DNA of 64,000 nt from Candidatus Bathyarchaeota archaeon (GTDB lineage Archaea > Thermoproteota > Bathyarchaeia > 40CM-2-53-6). The notes beneath the pieces were generated by a model. The model did no database searches and had not been told where the DNA came from. It worked only from the letters and a program-made list of their open reading frames with translations. A program made the translations under genes and the position numbers. The DNA lies in NCBI GenBank assembly GCA_963726255.1, contig CAVSBL010000002.1, forward strand, positions 768,001 through 832,000. Direction: 5' to 3'. Of the stretch, positions 21,622 through 32,108 are shown one piece after another; position 1 is the first letter of the stretch; each line of letters begins with the position of its first letter.

Positions 21622-22872
21622 ATGGAATTGAAAGTGTATTTGAGAGAAACGAGGCTATTGTTCGCGCTTCTCGTGATTGAAGTCGTCAGAGTACTTCTCT
21701 TCGCCATGACAAATTACAATCTAGAGTTCTTCAACTGGGTGAAGATGGGGCAAGGCATTCTTTATCGTCACGGAGCGTTCTTTGGAGTCTACCAAGCTCC
21801 AGCCTACATATATGCCGCCGACTATGCTATGTGGCTTCTTCTGACACACAATCCGAATCCTCCCTTAGGTACGTTAGCCGTGGAGAATCTGGCTTTCACT
21901 CTGATTATGAAAATACCGTTCCTCATTTCGGATGTCGCGATAATATTGCTCATTATTCACGTTGTCAGAAAGAGCACCAACTCCCCTGGGAGAGCCCTAT
22001 GGGCTGCCATGCTGTGGGCAACTTCTCCGCTAGTGTTGTTGTGTGAGACTCACAGCCCCGCCGACATCCTGCCGGCATTACTCATCCTCTCAGGGTCGTA
22101 CGCAATTTATCGTTCGAGGGCTAGGTTGGGGTCTTTTTCATTCGCGATAGGTTCCGTGTTGCGACTTGCACCGTTGCTGGTGACATGGATATACGTTGTC
22201 GCCTTTACGAGACTGCGCCAGTTCAAGAACCTGATGGGCTTCTTGGGAATACAGTTGGCCCTATTCGTTTGCGGAATTCTTTTCATCCAATATTTCTTTG
22301 GTCACTCTGCCTTTCAAGTATTGGAAGGCTCGAGGTACCCGGGAGTATTCATTCCCGAGATCGTGAGCGGTCTTTCGGCCGCAGTGAACCCAGGCATTGC
22401 ATACAACCCCGTCCAACTCAATCTGGGGATCATTGCCTTCATTTTCGTAGGCTACCTTGTGACAAGGGTTCCTATTTGGAATGGGCGGGTTTCCGGCGTG
22501 GAAGTTCTAGCTTTTCTCGCAGCATACTTCGCTCTTGTCTTCCAGGATGCTTTCATATTGTGGCTGCTTCCACTATTGTTTGTCTACGCTTTCATCACGA
22601 GATATGGGCCAGTCCGACTTCTGCTTACGAACATTCTGGGATTCTTTTATGTTCTCATCTCCGATTCAAACTACTACACTGCTCACGGAGCGGCTGTGCT
22701 GCTTGTACCCAACCTGAACAAAACGATGAACACGCTCTCATCCAACCTCTTACTACTGGGTGGATCGGCGTCACCACTCACACCATTCTTCCGTTCTATT
22801 TTCAGCGCCTCCCTTGTACTCATCCTCCTATGGATACTGCGAGAAAATGCAAACAGCGGACAACAGTCTTAG
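21622..22872 (+). CDS. GT-C fold membrane glycosyltransferase-like protein, copy 3
   Basis: MKIPFLISD, LWATSP, PADILP, LRLAP; ATG at 21622 just after the previous stop. Confidence 0.7.
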   Translation: MELKVYLRETRLLFALLVIEVVRVLLFAMTNYNLEFFNWVKMGQGILYRHGAFFGVYQAPAYIYAADYAMWLLLTHNPNPPLGTLAVENLAFTLIMKIPFLISDVAIILLIIHVVRKSTNSPGRALWAAMLWATSPLVLLCETHSPADILPALLILSGSYAIYRSRARLGSFSFAIGSVLRLAPLLVTWIYVVAFTRLRQFKNLMGFLGIQLALFVCGILFIQYFFGHSAFQVLEGSRYPGVFIPEIVSGLSAAVNPGIAYNPVQLNLGIIAFIFVGYLVTRVPIWNGRVSGVEVLAFLAAYFALVFQDAFILWLLPLLFVYAFITRYGPVRLLLTNILGFFYVLISDSNYYTAHGAAVLLVPNLNKTMNTLSSNLLLLGGSASPLTPFFRSIFSASLVLILLWILRENANSGQQS

Positions 22873-22890
22873 AATTCTTACAGACTCTGC

Positions 22891-23691
22891 TCATTCTGTT
22901 GCACGAACGAAGTAGCCATGATTGCGGTCAAGCCACTTGCCGGAATATCCTTGCGCCTTCATGTATGACATCAGTTCATTTTTCCTTGGAATGTCGTGGA
23001 GTTCAATAAGCCAACCCCTAATATTCATCATGATAGGCTCAGAGCCCTTCAACACCTTCCATTCACCCCCTTCAACGTCTACCTTAACCAAATCAATTGT
23101 TTCGTTCGGCACCATTTCCGCCAGGCATTCTTGCCGAACAAGAATTTCCTTTCTAGCCGCGATTCCGCCCCATTTGACGGTTTCGTTAGGTGGTAAAAGA
23201 CTCCCCATACCAAAGTTGTTTGAATCACTCTCGACGCTGTAGAAACCAGTCATCCCTTTGGAATCGGATATTGCAGCTCTGATTGCTGTGCAGTTTCTGG
23301 GTTTATGTTGGACAAGGATACTATAGATTCTTGGGTCGGGTTCGAACGCGATTATTTTCTCGAAGTTATCACTCAGTAGGTTGGAGTAGAAACCTGCGTT
23401 TGCACCGACATCAATAAAGAGGTTACCTGTGGTCATTTTAAGTTGTTCTGTGACTTCACGCTCCCATCTGTCCTGTGAATAAAGAACATCGAGCCACATT
23501 TTCAGCCTGTAGTAAAACCTCACACGTTCTGGAATCAAAATTGGAAGGACAGTTTCATCACTCCAAATTCTGATTAACCAACTGTTACGTTTATCTCGAT
23601 TTGGAAAAAGCAACCTCAGATGAACTCTTAATAGTGTACGCAAGAACCAACTAGTATTGTAGATGAAACCAGTCAAATGCAAGAAGCCCAT
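22891..23691 (-). CDS. FkbM-family methyltransferase
   Basis: FIDVGANAGFY, AFEP, VKVDVEGGE..VLKG, IELH. Confidence 0.92.
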   Translation of the reverse strand: MGFLHLTGFIYNTSWFLRTLLRVHLRLLFPNRDKRNSWLIRIWSDETVLPILIPERVRFYYRLKMWLDVLYSQDRWEREVTEQLKMTTGNLFIDVGANAGFYSNLLSDNFEKIIAFEPDPRIYSILVQHKPRNCTAIRAAISDSKGMTGFYSVESDSNNFGMGSLLPPNETVKWGGIAARKEILVRQECLAEMVPNETIDLVKVDVEGGEWKVLKGSEPIMMNIRGWLIELHDIPRKNELMSYMKAQGYSGKWLDRNHGYFVRATE

Positions 23692-24524
23692 CTCCCCTGA
23701 TGTTCAACCGAACCACCATGTACCGGCTGACAATCATGTTGACGGTATCGTGCTTCGCCGACTTCCGCGATATGGCTCGGGATGGATCGCAGTAAGGTTG
23801 ATTTTTTCTGAAGCACGTACATAGCGCCCAACTCGCCGCGATTTGGATTACGATGTATTGCGATAAGTTCGAAACCTCGTCTCTGAAATCGCGCTACATA
23901 GTCCTCCAATAACCTATATTTCTGGTAAACACCATCCGAGTCCGATCTTTGTAGTAGAAAAATGACCATATCACGGATGCGTTCCCTTTTTACCACAGCC
24001 AAAAGAACATTCAAGTAAGTCACCCGGGAAGGTCGGTAAACATTCTCGGACGCATCATCAGCCAATGCCGCATACAAACGCTGGAGTCGCCACTTAAGAT
24101 TGAAGGGATTTGTGTGCCAGTTGTAAATGAAAATCCATTCATCCGAATAGCATGCTAGATTGTCTAGGATCTTGACGAAGACACCATCGTCCATTACATG
24201 GAACAGCATGTCAAGGCAGAAGACTACGCGTCCTCTGAGCTTCGCAATATGCCTGCTCGCATCTCCGACCTGAAAGCGCCAGTTGGTACGCTGCATGCAA
24301 TTCCGTTTGACGATTGTTTCTGACAGGTCAAGTCCGAAGTACCGACGGCATTCACGGCCCTCCCAGAACTTGAGGTCTCCACAGCCAATGTCCACAACAT
24401 CATCCAATGGTCGAATATACGAGTCAATTACATTCCACTTCCAATCACGGTTCTGCCCGACAGAACCTTCGCCACTTGATCCGTCGTGCGCATAGCGCGA
24501 TTCCCAATAGTTGTCGGTGCCCAA
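23673..24524 (-). CDS. Class I SAM-dependent methyltransferase
   Basis: YWESRY..GSSGEGS, VVDIGCGD, CLDMLFH. Confidence 0.82.
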   Translation of the reverse strand: MGTDNYWESRYAHDGSSGEGSVGQNRDWKWNVIDSYIRPLDDVVDIGCGDLKFWEGRECRRYFGLDLSETIVKRNCMQRTNWRFQVGDASRHIAKLRGRVVFCLDMLFHVMDDGVFVKILDNLACYSDEWIFIYNWHTNPFNLKWRLQRLYAALADDASENVYRPSRVTYLNVLLAVVKRERIRDMVIFLLQRSDSDGVYQKYRLLEDYVARFQRRGFELIAIHRNPNRGELGAMYVLQKKSTLLRSIPSHIAEVGEARYRQHDCQPVHGGSVEHQGRWASCI

Positions 24525-24729
24525 GATATTTCCCCATTTACCCCGGCTCTTCCAAGCGCAAGTATCCGAGCTGACCTCTCGGGGCTACTACCCCCAATTC
24601 CGCAATCCGCAACGGCCAGAACACTCATATGGACCTATGCTTTTGGTTCGCACCGACGGTTGACCAGACTGCTCATAGCGTGCCGTTACGCGCAAGAGGG
24701 AACCTGAGTGCATTGATGGTGGGGTCGGT

Positions 24730-25992
24730 TTGATTCTTATCCTCTTCACGACATCGTACCCGTACGACGGCGCTGCGGAAGAAACATTCCTCGGCAGAGA
24801 GATTGAATACCTTTCCTCAAGTTTCGATAAGGTGGCGTTGATACCTCAGAAGTGTTATGGCAACAGACTCAGGACACCGCCGAATGTTGACGTGATAGAG
24901 GACTATGCGGCCAAGATCAAGGAAAACCACCCTTATCGCAGAGCGCTTCTATCCGGGCTTTTCTACAAAGAACTGCTAACCAAAGGACCAGCAGTCCTCC
25001 GCAGGTCGTTGAACACGCTGGTCGATTTCGTTGCAGGAGCGGAATTTACCGCCGAGTGGATTTTCAAATTCATGGAAGATAAAACGTTCAACTCAACTGA
25101 CTGTATCTTTTATACATACTGGTTTGACAGGACCTCCTTGGGGGCTGGGCTAGTCAGAAACCGTAGACCAATCTGTGTCGTGTCCCGGGCCCACGGATCT
25201 GACCTCTATGAAGAACGCCACAAATGGTTATACATACCTTGCCGAAAAGAAGCATTACACCTCATAGACAGACTATTCCCCGCATCTGACAGTAGCACTC
25301 GCTACGTTGCGGCGCGGTACCCACAGTATTCCACGAAATTTGAGACGGCAAGACTTGGAGTGCCGGATCCGGGATTCCTCACATCTCGCTCGCAAGACGG
25401 TACTCTTCGAATAGCCTCATGTTCATTTCTGGTACCCCTGAAAAGAGTCGATCTCATGTTAAGAGGGATAGGCGAAGCCGCAAAACTGAGACCTCACCAG
25501 TCGTTCGAATGGAACCACTTCGGAACGGGGCCCTTGCAAGAACAGCTACGGGACGTGGCAGAAAGAACCTTACCTACCAATGTCAAGCACGATTTTCGAG
25601 GACACGTGCCTCCAACTCGTTTGATGCAATTCTACAGAGACAATCCTGTTGACGTATTCGTTAACGTGAGCGAAACAGAAGGAGGCAACCCGGTCGCTAT
25701 AATGGAGGCGATCAGTTGTGGCGTACCTGTGGTGGCGACGAATGTGGGAGGAAACCCAGAGATAGTAACTCGAGAGAACGGCTTGTTACTCGGTCCAAAT
25801 CCATCTCCCAGTGAGATTGCCAACGCACTACTGATCTTTCTCGACGACCCTGTTGGTGCAGAAAGCAAAAGACAGGCAAGTCGCAAAATATGGCAGGAAC
25901 GGTTCAATGCGGAACGGAACTTCCCTGATTTCATTGCCCGCCTGATGGCGGTTAGAAGAGGCATCGAATCGGGCTCCAGCTATCACATATGA
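24730..25992 (+). CDS. Glycosyltransferase family 4
   Basis: SRAHGSDLY, LVPLKRVD, EGGNPVAIMEA, TNVGG. Confidence 0.9.
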   Translation: MILILFTTSYPYDGAAEETFLGREIEYLSSSFDKVALIPQKCYGNRLRTPPNVDVIEDYAAKIKENHPYRRALLSGLFYKELLTKGPAVLRRSLNTLVDFVAGAEFTAEWIFKFMEDKTFNSTDCIFYTYWFDRTSLGAGLVRNRRPICVVSRAHGSDLYEERHKWLYIPCRKEALHLIDRLFPASDSSTRYVAARYPQYSTKFETARLGVPDPGFLTSRSQDGTLRIASCSFLVPLKRVDLMLRGIGEAAKLRPHQSFEWNHFGTGPLQEQLRDVAERTLPTNVKHDFRGHVPPTRLMQFYRDNPVDVFVNVSETEGGNPVAIMEAISCGVPVVATNVGGNPEIVTRENGLLLGPNPSPSEIANALLIFLDDPVGAESKRQASRKIWQERFNAERNFPDFIARLMAVRRGIESGSSYHI

Positions 25993-26591
25993 TGGGGCAA
26001 ATGGAGAGCTATACTCACCCCCACACTCTTCAGAATACCATGGTTTATTTGCACGAAATGTCCGACGACGTAGCGGAGAAAGCAGACGTGAGACTGAGAA
26101 CCATACTTAGCGTGAAATTGGTCAATCGTGCATGGTACTACTTCAGGTTGGGCTATTCGACTTATCTGACATTCCTGCTAGGGTATCTCTCTACACTTGT
26201 AACCGTTTACTATCTCGCAATCAAGAGCATACCCTCTTTACTCGACGTATTTCCACGCTTTGTTCCATTCGCAGTAATCGCTACGGCGGTTGGCGCACCA
26301 CTCGCAGTGATAATTGGATGGGTACACCTGAAACGCAGCGCGTTGTACAGTAGCGAGGCGGAAGTGGCGATTGAGTCAAACCCTTTCAATTACAAATTGC
26401 AGCCCGGTTGGGTCAGGGATGCCTCAGGGCCGGCCACACTATTGCAACTAAGGCTACTGCACAAACTGTCGGAAACTGCTGGAATCTTGACCGACCAGGA
26501 ACGAGCAGAGATCGCCGAATTGGAGAAGAAGTGGAAAACGCTCGTGAACGGCGGATACGTAGGTTCCCCGAAAAGAAGACTGAACTTCTGA
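25989..26591 (+). CDS. Conserved-looking two-TM membrane protein of unknown function (start may be later, ~26058)
   Basis: RAWYYFRLGYSTY...TVYYLAI...IGWVHLKRS...ESNP; fills the gap between co-oriented genes. Confidence 0.7.
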   Translation: MMGQMESYTHPHTLQNTMVYLHEMSDDVAEKADVRLRTILSVKLVNRAWYYFRLGYSTYLTFLLGYLSTLVTVYYLAIKSIPSLLDVFPRFVPFAVIATAVGAPLAVIIGWVHLKRSALYSSEAEVAIESNPFNYKLQPGWVRDASGPATLLQLRLLHKLSETAGILTDQERAEIAELEKKWKTLVNGGYVGSPKRRLNF

Positions 26592-26615
26592 CAATTGCTT
26601 CAACTATTGGCGTGA

Positions 26616-27845
26616 ATGGAGTTGCGTGAACCTCTGACATGGTCAGACCTTCCGGGTGCCGATGCGGTGTCGCTACAGGTTCCTGAGGGGAACGCTCTGA
26701 GCGTAGATCAGAAGGGTTACAGAATCTGCAGCCGTTGCGTGATGGATACAACAGATCCATACGTGACATTTGACGCGAAAGGTGTGTGTAGCCACTGTCA
26801 CCGGTACGAACAACTCGTCAGCGGGAATGTCTTGACAGGAGAACGAGGAAGACAAAAGCTGCAAGAGATCGTAGGCAAGATCCAGAGAGATGGCGCGAGC
26901 AAACCGTATGACTGTGTGATCGGGGTGAGCGGTGGTGTGGACAGCACATTCGCCGCGTACAAGGCCAAACAATCTGGGTTGAGGCCGCTCGCAGTGCATC
27001 TAGACAACGGATGGGATTCCGAACGTGCGGTCGATAATATTCACAAGACGCTCAAGGTTCTGGGCATTGACCTGGACACGCACGTGATTGACTGGGAGGA
27101 ATTTAGAGACCTTCAATTGGGGTTCTTGAAAGCCTCCACCCCTGATTCGGAAATTCCAAGTGACCACGCCATCGTCTCTCTGATGTATGGGACTGCGGAT
27201 AAACTAGGGATTAGGCACGTAGTGACTGGCTACAACGTGCGCACAGAGGGCATGGGCGCCCCCGCATGGTCTGACGGTCACTACGACTGGAAGTACATCG
27301 AGAGTGTGCACAAGCAATTCGGCACGGTGCCGCTTCGAACGTTTCCGCATTTGACTAGAGCAGATTGGCGGCGTTACAGGCGAAGACATGTGTGGCCCGG
27401 CCTACACATGCTCAATTATCTCGACTATAAGAAGAGTGAAGCAATGAAAACCCTGGAAAAGGAATTAGGCTTCCAGTATTACGCACAGAAGCACTTCGAA
27501 TCCATCTATACACGCTTCTTTCAGGGCTATATCTTGCCCAAGAAGTTTGGGTATGACAAACGCAAGTTGCACTTTTCCAGCCTAATCTGCGCGGGAGAGA
27601 TGACCCGAGAAGGGGCCCTAGAAGCACTAAAGGAACCGCCTTACCCGCTCGATATGCAGGAAGAGGACAGACATTACGTCATCAAGAAGCTAGGAATCAC
27701 GGAGGAAGAATTCGAGCGAATAATGCACCTGCCCAAGAAGACTATCTATGATTACCCCTCCTACGCCCGAGATGACCAACACCTCGTGAATCGTCTTCTT
27801 CGGAAAGCGGACAGAATGTATAATGAGTTTCGTAAGAAGCCATAG
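26616..27845 (+). CDS. N-acetyl sugar amidotransferase (WbuX/PseA/WbpG family)
   Basis: CSRCVMD, CSHC, YDCVIGVSGGVDS, HLDNGWDSE, KHFES.YTRFFQ.Y.LP.KFG.DKR. Confidence 0.92.
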   Translation: MELREPLTWSDLPGADAVSLQVPEGNALSVDQKGYRICSRCVMDTTDPYVTFDAKGVCSHCHRYEQLVSGNVLTGERGRQKLQEIVGKIQRDGASKPYDCVIGVSGGVDSTFAAYKAKQSGLRPLAVHLDNGWDSERAVDNIHKTLKVLGIDLDTHVIDWEEFRDLQLGFLKASTPDSEIPSDHAIVSLMYGTADKLGIRHVVTGYNVRTEGMGAPAWSDGHYDWKYIESVHKQFGTVPLRTFPHLTRADWRRYRRRHVWPGLHMLNYLDYKKSEAMKTLEKELGFQYYAQKHFESIYTRFFQGYILPKKFGYDKRKLHFSSLICAGEMTREGALEALKEPPYPLDMQEEDRHYVIKKLGITEEEFERIMHLPKKTIYDYPSYARDDQHLVNRLLRKADRMYNEFRKKP

Positions 27846-27990
27846 CAGTAATTGGTTGTGGTCGTGAACAAAGCGAGTTCGGATCGGCACCGTAGTCGAA
27901 ACGACGAGGAGAAACGCTTGCACACATTTCTTATTATCTAGGGTAACCGGTACAAAGGGTCTAGCTGAATGAACGAGTGAAAACACAGGC

Positions 27991-28608
27991 ATGATTGCGA
28001 TCGTCGACTATGGTATGGGTAACCTCGGGTCCATTTCAAACATGTTGAAGAAGATAGGTGTGCAGTCTGCAATCTCTTCTGACCCGCTGGTTATCGAGGA
28101 GGCTGAGAAGCTCATTCTGCCTGGAGTTGGCGCGTTTGACCTTGGCATGAAGAACCTAAGCCAGCGAGGCCTTGTGGAAAAACTGAAATCCCAAGTGATG
28201 GAGCGAAAGAAACCTATCCTCGGACTGTGCTTGGGGATGCAGCTCTTCACGCGAAGCAGCGAGGAGGGACAGTTACCCGGTCTAGGTTGGCTCAACGCAA
28301 AAACCGTTCGTTTCACCTTCAGCGGACCTGAAGCGAACTTGAAAATACCCCACATGGGTTGGAACACGCTCCAAATCTACCGCTCCCACCCGCTCCTAAA
28401 CGACCTTGGGCCAGATGCACGGTTCTATTTCGATCATTCGTATCACGTTCTCTGCAATGACAATGACAATGTCCTCGCCACCACGACCTACGGTTATGAT
28501 TTTCCATCCATCGTGGCACAAGGCAACATCCTTGGCGCACAGTTCCATCCTGAGAAGAGCCACAAATTTGGCATGAAGCTCTTGAAGAATTTCGCGGTGC
28601 ATGCCTAG
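27991..28608 (+). CDS. hisH: HisH-like glutaminase subunit (WbuY-type, glycan amidation)
   Basis: DYGMGNLGS, PGVGAF, GLCLGMQ, PHMGWN, QFHPEKS; next to WbuX. Confidence 0.92.
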   Translation: MIAIVDYGMGNLGSISNMLKKIGVQSAISSDPLVIEEAEKLILPGVGAFDLGMKNLSQRGLVEKLKSQVMERKKPILGLCLGMQLFTRSSEEGQLPGLGWLNAKTVRFTFSGPEANLKIPHMGWNTLQIYRSHPLLNDLGPDARFYFDHSYHVLCNDNDNVLATTTYGYDFPSIVAQGNILGAQFHPEKSHKFGMKLLKNFAVHA

Positions 28609-29370
28609 ATGCTCCGAACACGTGTCATCCCTTGCCTGCTTCTCAGAAATCTTGGCCTCGTTAAGACAGTGAAGTTCAAGGACCCCAAATACCTCGGTGA
28701 TCCGATTAACATCGTCAAGATCTTCAACGACAAGGAAGTGGATGAACTCATCTTTCTTGACATTGCTGCAACCGTCGAAAACAGAAACCCACCTCTTGGT
28801 CTTTTGGCCAAGATAACCACAGAATGCTTCATGCCCCTGGGATATGGAGGGGGCGTTCGCCGAGTTGAGGATATCAAGACTATTCTGAATCTAGGTGTCG
28901 AGAAGATTTGCATCAATACTCACGCGGTTGAGGACCCGTCCTTCGTGAAGGCTGCAGCCGAACTCGCCGGCAGCCAGGCGATAGTCGTCTCAATTGACGT
29001 TAAGAAGGATAATGTTGGCAAGTATGAAGTGTACACTCACTCTGGACAAAAGTCAACTGGGTTGCACCCAGTTGACCACGCCGTCAACATGGAGAAGCAT
29101 GGTGCTGGTGAGTTGTTGCTGACCTCAGTCGACCGGGACGGGACGATGCAGGGATACGACCTAGAGCTGACCAAACAGGTGTCCCAGGCGGTGGGAATCC
29201 CGGTAGTTGCCTGCGGTGGTGCTGGAACGATACAGCACTTGACAGAAGCAGTCAAATCGGGCGCTTCGGCGACCGCTGCAGGAAGCATGTTCGTCTTCCA
29301 GGGGCCTCATCGCGCTGTGCTGATCAATTACCCGACGCGTCAAGAACTCCGTCAAGTACTAGAACCGTAG
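28609..29370 (+). CDS. hisF: HisF-like cyclase paralog (WbuZ/AglZ-type)
   Basis: RVIPCLLL, YLGDPIN.VKIFNDKEVDEL, ECFMPLGYGGG, AAGSMFVF are typical of the glycan-cluster HisF2 subfamily. Confidence 0.9.
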   Translation: MLRTRVIPCLLLRNLGLVKTVKFKDPKYLGDPINIVKIFNDKEVDELIFLDIAATVENRNPPLGLLAKITTECFMPLGYGGGVRRVEDIKTILNLGVEKICINTHAVEDPSFVKAAAELAGSQAIVVSIDVKKDNVGKYEVYTHSGQKSTGLHPVDHAVNMEKHGAGELLLTSVDRDGTMQGYDLELTKQVSQAVGIPVVACGGAGTIQHLTEAVKSGASATAAGSMFVFQGPHRAVLINYPTRQELRQVLEP

Positions 29371-29466
29371 GGGTCAATGGTTCCCTCCGTTCAATCCTCT
29401 CTCTAACTTCGGTAAGCCTTCGGAACAAATAAGACACGCCCTTCTCTTAGCGAGCGGGCACCGTTC

Positions 29467-30558
29467 TCATGCATTCTTGTACGCCTCGAAAATTCTCGCC
29501 TCATATTTCTCCCACACAAAATTGTTTCGCGCATACGAAATAGTCTTATCACGTCCTTCGGCTAACTCCTCCGCTCCCCTAGCCCTTTCCGAAAGTATAC
29601 TCACTAGGGTTTGATAATTATCAAATGGAACACAGTATCTGCCAAGCGTATTGATGACCGACGTCAGATCACTCGTGGTTAGTACTAGTAGCCCCGCGTT
29701 GACATATTCATACGCCTTGTTGGGATTGCTGTATGCATGAAAAGCGTGCGGATGCCAAGGAATCAGGCCGATGTGATGCCTCCCGAGTTCTCTCATCATC
29801 TCCAAATGTGGGATCCGACCTGTTGAACGAATAATTGGGTCTGCAAGGTCGTCACCAATGATTGTGAGCATTCCAATTTCATTTTGTTTGAAGAGATCCA
29901 AGAACCCGTCCATGTTTCTATGAGGCAAAAAGGGCGCATGCATGAAGTCGCCGCCTACATAGACGGATCGTAGTCCGCCGTTTCCTTCGATTTGGCTAGG
30001 CATAACCGCATCCGTCTCCAGCTTGCAGGGCATGTTGGGAACTAGGTAGGCGTCACAACCTAGTTTTCGATAGTGCAACGCGATTGGTTCGCTTACGGTT
30101 ATTATAGGAGCGTGTACTGCATTTTCCCATTTTTCCCATGTCCGTGCATGTAGCAAGTGATATTTTAGCTGAGGATGCGTCAACCTGGTCCTAACACTCT
30201 CCAGTTCGTGATCATCGAACACGTAAGGTAGTCCGGTTTGACTCGCAAGTCTAGCGCAAATTATGTTGTTGGCATGTATGAGGTCAGGTTTGACTTCCGA
30301 TAGCACAGTAGCGAACTTTCTTCGGAGTCTGTGCCAATGTAAAGGCTCACCAAGGTTCGCGCGCCATGTGAAAGGCAATTCGAATACTGCGTCAAATCCT
30401 TTGACCTCTAGGGAATATCCATTGCATCGTCCACCCGCGAAATAGACGCTGAAACCCAGCTTCTTGGCGCTGTATGCTGATTTCTCAACACGAGCGTCGG
30501 GCAAACCTTGGTCAGACAAATGGAGGATTCTCATCATTGACGTCTCCCCTAGCCGCAC
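29467..30558 (-). CDS. GT4-like glycosyltransferase
   Basis: LPDARVEK, PDLIHAN, DDHE, PNKAYEY; paralog of 37821-38936. Confidence 0.8.
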   Translation of the reverse strand: MRLGETSMMRILHLSDQGLPDARVEKSAYSAKKLGFSVYFAGGRCNGYSLEVKGFDAVFELPFTWRANLGEPLHWHRLRRKFATVLSEVKPDLIHANNIICARLASQTGLPYVFDDHELESVRTRLTHPQLKYHLLHARTWEKWENAVHAPIITVSEPIALHYRKLGCDAYLVPNMPCKLETDAVMPSQIEGNGGLRSVYVGGDFMHAPFLPHRNMDGFLDLFKQNEIGMLTIIGDDLADPIIRSTGRIPHLEMMRELGRHHIGLIPWHPHAFHAYSNPNKAYEYVNAGLLVLTTSDLTSVINTLGRYCVPFDNYQTLVSILSERARGAEELAEGRDKTISYARNNFVWEKYEARIFEAYKNA

Positions 30559-31080
30559 GGTGCCTATAGTGATTGCAGACAGTTGAAACCTGTGGATTCA
30601 TATTCGCTTCGCTCCTACCAATACGAATTTCATCTACACCGCTTCGTGGACATGGCTTTCCAACTCTATCTAGCAGGTGTTCTCAACAGAGAGCTTTAAT
30701 CCACGCAGCACGGCTGAACTTGAACTTCATTGCACGTACCTCACGACTTAGCAAGTAACATATGGTAGAGTAGCAGTATTAGCCGGTTGTTGAACGATTT
30801 GGCCGCAAAAACCACCCGGCAGAAACGATCGTGGTAGGTTCTTGCCGACTGAACTCATGCTGGTTATAAGTGCCCGTCCCCGATTTATTAGCAGCCATCA
30901 CTGCCTCAACCTTGTTAATGAGATATTTCTCCTGAGAAAACCGAAGGCGAAGACGCAAAACGTCTAAAGGTGCAGTCACATCTGTACGTGAGAAGATGGT
31001 TCTTGGCACGCAGGCATGTGCTTTTTCGTCCCCTGTCCTTGACTGTGTTCGTTTTCGGGTTGCTAGTCTGGTTCTAAGTT

Positions 31081-32013
31081 GTGGTCATTCATTGTGGTCA
31101 TAAGTCGATAGATACAAGAATGAGTTTCTCACGACTAAACAGTGAGTGGCGGATTGTCGAGAAATTGATTATCAGCAAAGCAGTGATAACCGCGGCAGGC
31201 ATTGGCAGCCGTTTACTGCCGGTTACCAAGGAAATGCCCAAGGAGATGCTTCCAGTCTTTTGCAGGCGACGGTCAAAGGCTCTGTGCTTGAAACCTGTCG
31301 TGCAAGTCGTCTTTGAAACACTATTCGATGCTGGATCTAGAACGTTCTGCATGGTTGTAGGCAGAGGTAAGCGAGCTGTTGAGGACTACTTCACTGCTGA
31401 CCGAGCATTTATCTCCCTTATTTCCAAGGGCGGCAAGAGATCATTGACTGCTGAACTTTCAGAATTCTACGGGCGCCTCGGCAAGTCTTCAATAGCCTTT
31501 GTGAATCAGGCGGAACCAATAGGATTCGGAGATGCGGTGTTATGCTCTGCGGGGTTTGTTGGCTCTGATCCCTTCTTGCTACATGCAGGTGATGACCTAA
31601 TCCTCTCGCCGGGGAACGACCACATGAGGAGGCTTAAGAGCGCATTTACCTCATTGGGTGCTGACGTGATATTCTTTGTCGAGCATACTCGCCACCCTGA
31701 GAAGTATGGTGTGATTCGCCCAAAGAGGATCAGTGCAGACTTATACAGGGTCAAGGAACTGGTAGAAAAACCGAAGCATCCCCCCTCGGACTTGGGTGTC
31801 GTAGCAATCTACGCTTTTCAGCCCAGTGTCATTGAGTACCTCAAGAGAGTGAAAGTCGACCAGAATGGTGAATTCCAGTTGGCAGATGCCGTTCAAATGA
31901 TGGTGGAGGACAAAAAAAAGGTCTTTGCAATCGCCTTACGTCGAAGCGAGAAAAGAGTCGACATGGGATCCCCAGACACATACCGCCTTGCTCTCAAGCA
32001 GACCTTCCGATAA
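31081..32013 (+). CDS. galU: UTP-glucose-1-phosphate uridylyltransferase-like protein (GalU/AglF-like); true start probably ~31165
   Basis: KAVITAAGIGSRLLPVTKEMPKEMLP, Q.EPIGFGDAV, VEKP, GEFQLADA. Confidence 0.85.
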   Translation: MVIHCGHKSIDTRMSFSRLNSEWRIVEKLIISKAVITAAGIGSRLLPVTKEMPKEMLPVFCRRRSKALCLKPVVQVVFETLFDAGSRTFCMVVGRGKRAVEDYFTADRAFISLISKGGKRSLTAELSEFYGRLGKSSIAFVNQAEPIGFGDAVLCSAGFVGSDPFLLHAGDDLILSPGNDHMRRLKSAFTSLGADVIFFVEHTRHPEKYGVIRPKRISADLYRVKELVEKPKHPPSDLGVVAIYAFQPSVIEYLKRVKVDQNGEFQLADAVQMMVEDKKKVFAIALRRSEKRVDMGSPDTYRLALKQTFR

Positions 32014-32108
32014 GTGCCAAGTCCCTTGGACTCTCTAGATTTCGTCTATCGACAAACTGGACATATATAGGCTGCCGAGATTTCATTCTGAACCAGGAGG
32101 AGTTAGGT

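Noticed and set aside
27991-29370. hisH/hisF as histidine biosynthesis genes
   Set aside because: They follow a WbuX-type gene, show HisF2-subfamily motifs, and no other his genes are present
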